Shown here: positions 7,651 to 19,600 of the stretch, piece by piece
Numbering within the stretch: the stretch's first letter is position 1
Layout: each line of letters begins with the position of its first letter
Assembly: GCF_037042905.1 (NCBI RefSeq)
Contig: NW_026974140.1
Location: forward strand, 310,001-374,000
DNA length: 64,000 nt
Source: Lytechinus pictus
Lineage: Eukaryota
Direction of reading: 5' to 3'
Translations under genes and position numbers: made by a program
The notes under the pieces: generated by a model
The model's input: only the letters and a program-made list of their open reading frames with translations
Database searches by the model: none
Told to the model about the DNA's origin: nothing

Positions 7651-10600
7651 TATTTCATAAGATATATTTAAGGAGCTGTGATCTTTGACCGGCATACTCC
7701 GAATTCAAACTTAGCCTGTATTGGTATCATCTCCAGTGTACCTACACACTCAAATTTGTTTAATTATGTAGAATATTTTATAAGTTATCATGCAGAAACT
7801 AAATTGCATATTTAATGAACCGTGACCTTTGGCCTGCCGACTACGAATTCGAACTTAGCCGGTATTTTGGCAAATTTGGTGTCATCTACCTACACACCCT
7901 AATGTTTTATAAATCTGTTGAATATTTTATAAGATATCATGAGGAAACCAACTCGCATATTTAATGAGCTGTGATCTTTGACCTGCATACTCCGAATTCA
8001 AACTTAGCCTTATCATCTACAGTGTACCTACACACTCAAATTTGTTTAAATATGTAGAATACTTTATAAGTTATCATGCGGAAACTAAATTGCATATTTA
8101 ATGAGCCGTGACCTTTGGCCTTCCGACTACGAATTCAAACTTAGCCTGTATTTTGGTGTCATCTACCTACACACCCTATTTTTTTTATAAATCTGTTGAA
8201 TATTTTATAAGTTATTATGAGGAATCCAACTCGCTCATTTAATGACCCGGTGTAGTGGTCCACCTGCATTCCCCCAACCAGTTATTGGGAGAAACCTGTG
8301 GGTCACAGTTCTGTGTGCACGCCCTTATAGGCGACCCAGATTGGCTGCCTCCTCCAATATGCATTTGAATGTCTTTGACAGATATATGGTGCTATACAAA
8401 TACTGTGAGTCATCATCATCTACCTACACACCCAAATTTTTATTAAAATCTGTTGAATATTTCATATTTTCAAGGAGCTGTGATCTTTCACCTGCATACT
8501 CCGAATTCAAACTTAGCCTATATTGGTATCATCTACAGTGTACCTACACACTCAAATTTGTTTAAATATGTAGAATATTTTATAAGTTATCATGCAGAAA
8601 CTAAATTGCATATTTAATGAGCCGTGACCTTTATCCTGCCGACTACGAATTCGAACTTAGCCTGTATTTTGGTGTCATCTACCTACACACCCTAATTTTT
8701 TTATAAATCTGTTGAATATTTTATAAGTTATTATGAGGAATCCAACTCGCATATTTAATGACTCGGTGTAGTGGTCCACCTGCATTTCCCCAACCAGTTA
8801 TCATGAGAATCATGCGGGTCACAGTTCTGTGTGCACGCCCTTGTAGGCGAGCCAGATTGGCTGGCTCCTCCAATATGCCTTTGAATGTCTTTGACAGATA
8901 TATGGTGCTATACAAATACTGTGCATCATAATCATCTACCTACACACCCAATATTTTTTTTATAAATCTGTTGAATATTTCATATCTTTAAGGAGTTGTG
9001 ATCTTTGACCGGCATACTCCGAATTCAAACTTAGCCTGTATTGGTATCATCTCCAGTGTACCTACACACTCAAATTTGTTTAAATATGTAGAATATTTTA
9101 TAAGTTATCATGCGGAAACTAAATTGCATATTTAATGAACCGTGACCTTTGGCCTGCCGACTACGAATTCGAACTTAGCCGGTATTTTGGCAAATTTGGT
9201 GTCATCTACCTACACACCCTAATGTTTTATAAATCTGTTGAATATTTTATAAGATATCATGAGGAAACCAACTCGCATATTTAATGAGCTGTGATCTTTG
9301 ACCTGCATACTCCGAATTCAAACTTAGCCTTATCATCTACAGTGTACCTACACACTCAAATTTGTTTAAATATGTAGAATACTTTATAAGTTATCATGAG
9401 GAAACTAAATTGCTTATTTAATGAGCCGTGACCTTTGGCCTGCCGACTACGAATTCAAACTTAGCCTGTATTTTGGTGTCATCTACCTACACACCCTAAT
9501 TTTTTATAAATCTGTTGAATATTTTATAAGTTATTATGAGGAATCCAACTAGCTCATTTAATGACCCGGTGTAGTGGTCCACCTGCATTTCCCCAACCAG
9601 TTATCATGAGAATCATGCGGGTCACAGTTCTGTGTGCACGCCCTTGTAGGCGACCCAGATTGGCTGGCTCCTCCAATATGCCTTTGAATGTCTTTGACAG
9701 ATATATGGTGCTATACAAATACTGTGGATCATAATCATCTACCTACACACCCAATATTTTTTTTATAAATCTGTTGAATATTTCATATCTTTAAGGAGTT
9801 GTGATCTTTGACCGGCATACTCCGAATTCAAACTTAGCCTGTATTGGTATCATCTCCAGTGTACCTACACACTCAAATTTGTTTAATTATGTAGAATATT
9901 TTATAAGTTATCATGCGGAAACTAAATTGCATATTTAATGAACCGTGACCTTTGGCCTGCCGACTACGAATTCGAACTTAGCCGGTATTTTGGCAAATTT
10001 GGTGTCATCTACCTACACACCCTAATGTTTTATAAATCTGTTGAATATTTTATAAGATATCATGAGGAAACCAACTCGCATATTTAATGAGCTGTGATCT
10101 TTGACCTGCATACTCCGAATTCAAACTTAGCCTTATCATCTACAGTGTACCTACACACTCAAATTTGTTTAAATATGTAGAATACTTTATAAGTTATCAT
10201 GAGGAAACCAAATTGCATATTTAATGAGCCGTGACCTTTGGCCTGCCGACTACAAATTCAAACTTAGCCTGTATTTTGGTGTCATCTACCTACACACCCT
10301 AATTTTTTTATAAATCTGTTGAATATTTTATAAGTTATTATGAGGAATCCAACTCGCTCATTTAATGACCCGGTGTAGTGGTCCACCTGCATTCCCCCAA
10401 CCAGTTATCAGGCGAATCCTGCGGGTCACAGTTCTGTGTGCACGCCCTTGTAGGCGACCCAGATTGGCTGGCTCCTCCAATATGCCTTTGAATGTCTTTG
10501 ACAGATATATGGTGCTATACAAATACTGTGCATCATAATCATCTACCTACACACCCAATATTTTTTTTATAAATCTGTTGAATATTTCATATCTTTAAGG

Positions 10601-13600
10601 AGTTGTGATCTTTGACCGGCATACTCCGAATTCAAACTTAGCCTGTATTGGTATCATCTCCAGTGTACCTACACACTAAAATTTGTTTAATTATGTAGAA
10701 TATTTTATAAGTTATCATGCGGAAACTAAATTGCATATTTAATGAACCGTGACCTTTGGCCTGCCGACTACGAATTCGAACTTAGCCGGTATTTTGGCAA
10801 ATTTGGTGTCATCTACCTACACACCCTAATGTTTTATAAATCTGTTGAATATTTTATAAGATATCATGAGGAAACCAACTCGCATATTTAATGAGCTGTG
10901 ATCTTTGACCTGCATACTCCGAATTCAAACTTAGCCTTATCATCTACAGTGTACCTACACACTCAAATTTGTTTAAATATGTAGAATACTTTATAAGTTA
11001 TCATGAGGAAACTAAATTGCTTATTTAATGAGCCGTGACCTTTGGCCTGCCGACTACGAATTCAAACTTAGCCTGTATATTGGTGTCATCTACCTACACA
11101 CCCTAATTTTTTATAAATCTGTTGAATATTTTATAAGTTATTATGAGGAATCCAACTCGCTCATTTAATGACCCGGTGTAGTGGTCCACCTGCATTCCCC
11201 CAACCAGTTATTGGGAGAGACCTGTGGGTCACAGTTCTGTGTGCACGCCCTTATAGGCGACCCAGATTGGCTGGCTCCTCCAATATGCATTTGAATGTCT
11301 TTGACAGATATATGGTGCTATACAAATACTGTGCATCATAATCATCTACCTACACACACAATATTTTTTTTATAAATCTGTTGAATATTTCATATCTTTA
11401 AGGAGCTGTGATCTTTGACCGGCATACTCCGAATTCAAACTTAGCCTGTATTGGTATCATCTCCAGTGTACCTACACACTCAAATTTGTTTAAATATGTA
11501 GAATATTTTATTAGATATCATGCGGAAACTAAATTGCATATTTAATGAGCCGTGACCTTTGGCCTGCCGACTACAAATTAGAACTTAGCCTGTATTTTGG
11601 TGTCATCTACCTACACACCCTAATTCTTTATAGATCTGTTGAATATTTTATAAGTTATTATGAGGAAACCAACTTGCATATTTAATGACCCAGTGTAGTG
11701 GTCCACCTGCATTCCCCCAACCAGTTATCAGGAGAGACATGCGGGTCACAGTTCTGTGTGCGCGTCCTTGTAGGCGACCCAGATTGGCTGGCTCCTCCAA
11801 TATGCCTTTGGATGTCTTTGACAGATATATGGTGCTATACAAATACTGTGCATCATCTACCTACACACCCTAATTCTTTATAGATCTGTTGAATATTTTA
11901 TAAGTTATTATGAGGAAACCAACTTGCATATTTAATGACCCAGTGTAGTGGTCCACCTGCATTCCCCCAACCAGTTATCAGGAGAGACATGTGGGTCACA
12001 GTTCTGTGTGCGCGTCCTTGTAGGCGACCCAGATTGGCTGGCTCCTCCAATATGCCTTTGAATGTCTTTGACAGATAAATGGTGCTATACAAATACTGTG
12101 CATCATCTACCTACACACCCAATTTTTTTTTTTCTGTTCAATATATTTCATAAGATATCTTTAAGGAGCTGTGATCTTTGACCTGCATACTCCGAATTTA
12201 AACTTAGCCTGTATTGGTATCATCTACAGTGTACCTACACACTCAAATTTGTTTAAATATGTATAATTTTTTATAAGTTATCATGCGGAAACTAAATTGC
12301 ATATTTAATGACCCGTGACCTTTGGCCTGCCGACTACGAATTCGAACTTAGCCTGTATTTTGGTGTCATCTACCTACACGCCCTAATTTTTTATAAATCT
12401 GTTGAATATTTTATAAGATATCATGAGGAAACCAACTCGCATATTTAATGAGCTATGATCTTTGACCTGCATACTCCGAATTCAAACTTAGCCTTATCAT
12501 CTACAGTGTACCTACACTCAAATTTGTTTAAATATGTAGAATACTTTATAAGTTATCATGCGGAAACTAAATTGCATATTTAATGAGCCGTGACCTTTGG
12601 CCTGCCGACTACGAATTCGAACTGAGCCTGTATTTTGGTGTTATCTACCTACATACCCTAACATTTTATAAATTTGTTGAATATTTTATAAGTTATTATG
12701 AGGAATCCAACTCGCATATTTAATGACCCGGTGTATTGGTCCACCTGCATTCCCCCAACCAGTTATCAAGAGAATCCTGCGAGTCACAGTTCTGTGTGCA
12801 CGCCCTTGTAGGCGACCCAGATTGGCTGGCTCCTCCAATATGCCTTTGAATGTCTTTGACAGATATATGGTGTTATACAAATAATGTGCATCATCTACCT
12901 ACACACCCACATTTTTTTTAAAATCTGTTCAATATATTTAATAAGATATCTTTAAAGAGCTGTGATCTTTGACCGGCATACTCCGAATTCAAACTTAGCC
13001 TGTATTGGTATCATCTCCAGTGTACCTACACACTCAAATTTGTTTAAATATGTAGAATATTTTATAAGTCATCATGCGTAAACTAAATTGCATATTTAAT
13101 GAGCCGTGACCTTTGGCCTGCCGACTACGAATTCGAACTTAGCCTGTATTTTGGTGTCATCTACCTACACACCCTAGTTTTTTTATAAATCTGTTGAATA
13201 TTTTATAAGTTATTATGAGGAATCCAACTCGCATATTTAATGACCCGGTGTGGTGGTCCACCTGCATTTCCCCAACCAGTTATCATGAGAATCATGCGGG
13301 TCACAGTTCTGTGTGCACGCCCTTGTAGGCGACCCAGATTGGCTGGCTCCTCCAATATGCCTTTGAATGTCTTTGACAGATATATGGTCCTATACAAATA
13401 CTGTGCATCATAATCATCTACCTACACACCCAATATTTTTTTTATAAATCTGTTAAATATTTCATATCTTTAAGGAGTTGTGATCTTTGACCGGCATACT
13501 CCGAATTCAAACTTAGCCTATATTGGTATCATCTCCAGTGTACCTACACACTCAAATTTTTTTAAATATGTAGAATACTTTATAAGTTATCATGCGGAAA

Positions 13601-16600
13601 CTAAATTGCATATTTAATGAGCCGTGACCTTTGGCCTGCCGACTACGAATTCGAACTGAGCCTGTATTTTGGTGTCATCTACCTACATACCCTAACATTT
13701 TATAAATTTGTTGAATATTTTATAAGTTATTATGAGGAATCCAACTCGCATATTTAATGACCCGGTGTAGTGGTCCACCTGCATTCCCCCAACCAGTTAT
13801 CAAGAGAATCCTGCGAGTCACAGTTCTGTGTGCACGCCCTTGTAGGCGACCCAGATTGGCTGGCTCCTCCAATATGCCTTTGAATGTCTTTGACAGATAT
13901 ATGGTGTTATACAAATAATGTGCATCATCTACCTACACACCCACATTTTTTTTTAAATCTGTTCAATATATTTAATAAGATATCTTTAAAGAACTGTGAT
14001 CTTTGACCGGCATACTCCGAATTCAAACTTAGCCTGTATTGGTATCATCTCCAGTGTACCTACACACTCAAATTTGTTTAAATATGTAGAATATTTTATA
14101 AGTCATCATGCGGAAACTAAATTGCATATTTAATGAGCCGTGACCTTTGGCCTGCCGACTTCAAATTCGAACTTAGCCTGTATTTTGGTGTCATCTACCT
14201 ACACACCCTAATTCTTTATAAATCTGTTGAATATTTTATAAGTTATTATGAGGAAACCAACTCGAAAATTTTATGACCCAGTGTAGTGGTCCACCTGCAT
14301 TCCCCCAACCAGTTATCAGGAGAGACATGCGGGTCACAGTTCTGTGTGCGCGTCCTTGTAGGCGACCCAGATTGGCTGGCTCCTCCAATATGCCTTTGAA
14401 TGTCTTTGACAGATATATGGTGCTTTACAAATACTGTGCATCATCTACCTATACACCCAAATTTTTTTTTTAATCTGTTCAATATATTTCATAAGATATC
14501 TTTAAGGAGCTGTGATCTTTGACCTGCATACTCCGAATTCAAACTTAGCCTGTATTGGTATCATCTACAGTGTACCTACACACTCAAATTTGTTTAAATA
14601 TGTAGAATATTTTATAAGTTATCATGCGGAAACTAAATTGCATATTTAATGAGCCGTGACCTTTGGCCTGCGGACTACGAATTCGAACTAAGCCGATATT
14701 TTGGCAAATTTGGTGTCATCTACCTACACACCCTAATGTTTTATAAATCTGTTGAATATTTTATAAGATATCATGAGGAAACCAACTCGCATATTTAATG
14801 AGCTGTGATCTTTGACCTGCATACTCCGAATTTAAACTTAGCCTTATCATCTACAGTGTACCTACACACTCAAATTTGTTTAAATATGTAGAATATTTTA
14901 TAAGTTATCATGCGGAAACTAAATTGCATATTTAATGAGCCGTGACCTTTGGCCTGCCGACTACGAATTCAAACTTAGCCTGTATTTTGGTGTCATCTAC
15001 CTACACACCCTAATTTTTTATAAATCTGTTGAATATTTTATAAGTTATTATGAGGAATCCAACTCGCTCATTTAATGACCCGGTGTAGTGGTCCACCTGC
15101 ATTCCCCCAACCAGTTATTGGGAGAGACCTGTGGGTCACAGTTCTGTGTGCACGCCCTTATAGGCGACCCAGATTGGCTGGCTCCTCCAATATGCATTTG
15201 AATGTCTTTGACAGATATATGGTGCTATACAAATACTGTGAGTCATCATCATCTACCTACACACCCAAATTTTTATTAAAATCTATTGAATATTTCATAT
15301 CTTTAAGGAGCTGTGATCTTCCACCTGCATACTCCGAATTCAAACTTAGCCTGTATTGGTATCATCTCCAGTGTACCTACACACTCAAATTTGTTTAAAT
15401 ATGTAGAATATTTTATAAGTTATCATGCAGAAACTAAATTGCATATTTAATGAGCCGTGACCTTTATCCTGCCGACTACGAATTCGAACTTAGCCTGTAT
15501 TTTGGTGTCATCTACCTACACACCCTAGTTTTTTTTATAAATCTGTTGAATATTTTATAAGTTATTATGAGGAATCCAACTCGCAAATTTAATGACCCGG
15601 TGTGGTGGTCCACCTGCATTTCCCCAACCAGTTATCATGAGAATCATGCGGGTCACAGTTCTGTGTGCACGCCCTTGTAGGCGACCCAGATTGGCTGGCT
15701 CCTCCAATATGCCTTTGAATGTCTTTGACAGATATATGGTGCTATACAAATACTGTGCATCATAATCATCTACCTACACACCCAATATTTTTTTTATAAA
15801 TCTGTTAAATATTTCATATCTTTAAGGAGTTGTGATCTTTGACCGGCATACTCCGAATTCAAACTTAGCCTATATTGGTATCATCTCCAGTGTACCTACA
15901 CACTCAAATTTGTTTAATTATGTAGAATATTTTATAAGTTATCATGCGGAAACTAAATTGCATATTTAATGAACCGTGACCTTTGGCCTGCCGACTACAA
16001 ATTCGAACTTAGCCGGTATTTTGGCAAATTTGGTGTCATCTACCTACACACCCTAATGTTTTATAAATCTGTTGAATATTTTATAAGATATCATGAGGAA
16101 ACCAACTCGCATATTTAATGAGCTGTGATCTTTGACCTGCATACTCCGAATTCAAACTTAGCCTTATCATCTACAGTGTACCTACACACTCAAATTTGTT
16201 TAAATATGTAGAATACTTTATAAGTTATCATGAGGAAACTAAATTGCATATTTAATGAGCCGTGACCTTTGGCCTGCCGACTACGAATTCAAACTGAGCC
16301 TGTATTTTGGTGTTATCTACCTACATACCCTAACATTTTATAAATTTGTTGAATATTTTATAAGTTATTATGAGGAATCCAACTCGCATATTTAATGACC
16401 CGGTGTAGTGGTCCACCTGCATTCCCCCAACCAGTTATCAAGAGAATCCTGCGAGTCACAGTTCTGTGTGCACGCCCTTGTAGGCGACCCAGATTGGCTG
16501 GCTCCTCCAATATGCCTTTGAATGTCTTTGACAGATATATGGTGTTATACAAATAATGTGCATCATCTACCTACACACCCACATTTTTTTTAAAATCTGT

Positions 16601-19600
16601 TCAATATATTTAATAAGATATCTTTAAAGAGCTGTGATCTTTGACCGGCATACTCCGAATTCAAACTTAGCCTGTATTGGTATCATCTCCAGTGTACCTA
16701 CACACTCAAATTTGTTTAAATATGTAGAATATTTTATAAGTCATCATGCGTAAACTAAATTGCATATTTAATGAGCCGTGACCTTTGGCCTGCCGACTAC
16801 GAATTCGAACTTAGCCTGTATTTTGGTGTCATCTACCTACACACCCTAGTTTTTTTATAAATCTGTTGAATATTTTATAAGTTATTATGAGGAATCCAAC
16901 TCGCATATTTAATGACCCGGTGTGGCGGTCCACCTGCATTTCCCCAACCAGTTATCATGAGAATCATGCGGGTCACAGTTCTGTGTGCACGCCCTTGTAG
17001 GCGACCCAGATTGGCTGGCTCCTCCAATATGCCTTTGAATGTCTTTGACAGATATATGGTGCTATACAAATACTGTGCATCATAATCATCTACCTACACA
17101 CCCAATATTTTTTTTATAAATCTGTTAAATATTTCATATCTTTAAGGAGTTGTGATCTTTGACCGGCATACTCCGAATTCAAACTTAGCCTATATTGGTA
17201 TCATCTCCAGTGTACCTACACACTCAAATTTTTTTAAATATGTAGAATACTTTATAAGTTATCATGCGGAAACTAAATTGCATATTTAATGAGCCGTGAC
17301 CTTTGGCCTGCCGACTACGAATTCGAACTGAGCCTGTATTTTGGTGTCATCTACCTACATACCCTAACATTTTATAAATTTGTTGAATATTTTATAAGTT
17401 ATTATGAGGAATCCAACTCGCATATTTAATGACCCGGTGTAGTGGTCCACCTGCATTCCCCCAACCAGTTATCAAGAGAATCCTGCGAGTCACAGTTCTG
17501 TGTGCACGCCCTTGTAGGCGACCCAGATTGGCTGGCTCCTCCAATATGCCTTTGAATGTCTTTGACAGATATATGGTGTTATACAAATAATGTGCATCAT
17601 CTACCTACACACCCACATTTTTTTTAAAATCTGTTCAATATATTTAATAAGATATCTTTAAAGAACTGTGATCTTTGACCGGCATACTCCGAATTCAAAC
17701 TTAGCCTGTATTGGTATCATCTCCAGTGTACCTACACACTCAAATTTGTTTAAATATGTAGAATATTTTATAAGTCATCATGCGGAAACTAAATTGCATA
17801 TTTAATGAGCCGTGACCTTTGGCCTGCCGACTTCAAATTCGAACTTAGCTTGTATTTTGGTGTCATCTACCTACACACCCTAATTCTTTATAAATCTGTT
17901 GAGTATTTTATAAGTTATTATGAGGAAACCAACTCGAAAATTTTATGACCCAGTGTAGTGGTCCACCTGCATTCCCCCAACCAGTTATCAGGAGAGACAT
18001 GCGGGTCACAGTTCTGTGTGCGCGTCCTTGTAGGCGACCCAGATTGGCTGGCTCCTCCAATATGCCTTTGAATGTCTTTGACAGATATATGGTGCTTTAC
18101 AAATACTGTGCATCATCTACCTATACACCCAAATTTTTTTTTTTATCTGTCCAATATATTTCATAAGATATCTTTAAGGAGCTGTGATCTTTGACCTGCA
18201 TACTCCGAATTCAAACTTAGCCTGTATTGGTATCATCTACAGTGTACCTACACACTCAAATTTGTTTAAATATGTAGAATATTTTATAAGTTATCATGCG
18301 GAAACTAAATTGCATATTTAATGAGCCGTGACCTTTGGCCTGCGGACTACGAATTCGAACTAAGCCGATATTTTGGCAAATTTGGTGTCATCTACCTACA
18401 CACCCTAATGTTTTATAAATCTGTTGAATATTTTATAAGATATCATGAGGAAACCAACTCGCATATTTAATGAGCTGTGATCTTTGACCTGCATACTCCG
18501 AATTTAAACTTAGCCTTATCATCTACAGTGTACCTACACACTCAAATTTGTTTAAATATGTAGAATATTTTATAAGTTATCATGCGGAAACTAAATTGCA
18601 TATTTAATGAGCCGTGACCTTTGGCCTGCCGACTACGAATTCAAACTTAGCCTGTATTTTGGTGTCATCTACCTACACACCCTAATTTTTTATAAATCTG
18701 TTGAATATTTTATAAGTTATTATGAGGAATCCAACTCGCTCATTTAATGACCCGGTGTAGTGGTCCACCTGCATTCCCCCAACCAGTTATTGGGAGAGAC
18801 CTGTGGGTCACAGTTCTGTGTGCACGCCCTTATAGGCGACCCAGATTGGCTGGCTCCTCCAATATGCATTTGAATGTCTTTGACAGATATATGGTGCTAT
18901 ACAAATACTGTGAGTCATCATCATCTACCTACACACCCAAATTTTTATTAAAATCTATTGAATATTTCATATCTTTAAGGAGCTGTGATCTTCCACCTGC
19001 ATACTCCGAATTCAAACTTAGCCTGTATTGGTATCATCTCCAGTGTACCTACACACTCAAATTTGTTTAAATATGTAGAATATTTTATAAGTTATCATGC
19101 AGAAACTAAATTGCATATTTAATGAGCCGTGACCTTTATCCTGCCGACTACGAATTCGAACTTAGCCTGTATTTTGGTGTCATCTACCTACACACCCTAG
19201 TTTTTTTTATAAATCTGTTGAATATTTTATAAGTTATTATGAGGAATCCAACTCGCATATTTAATGACCCGGTGTGGTGGTCCACCTGCATTTCCCCAAC
19301 CAGTTATCATGAGAATCATGCGGGTCACAGTTCTGTGTGCACGCCCTTGTAGGCGACCCAGATTAGCTGGCTCCTCCAATATGCCTTTGAATGTCTTTGA
19401 CAGATATATGGTGCTATACAAATACTGTGCATCATAATCATCTACCTACACACCCAATATTTTTTTTATGAATCTGTTAAATATTTCATATCTTTAAGGA
19501 GTTGTGATCTTTGACCGGCATACTCCGAATTCAAACTTAGCCTATATTGGTATCATCTCCAGTGTACCTACACACTCAAATTTTTTTAATTATGTAGAAT

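Noticed and set aside
10366..10428. Functional tRNA gene
   Set aside because: Only 63 nt, no TTC in the T loop, no proper anticodon stem-loop and no adjacent terminator. Kept only as a possible SINE-like relic.
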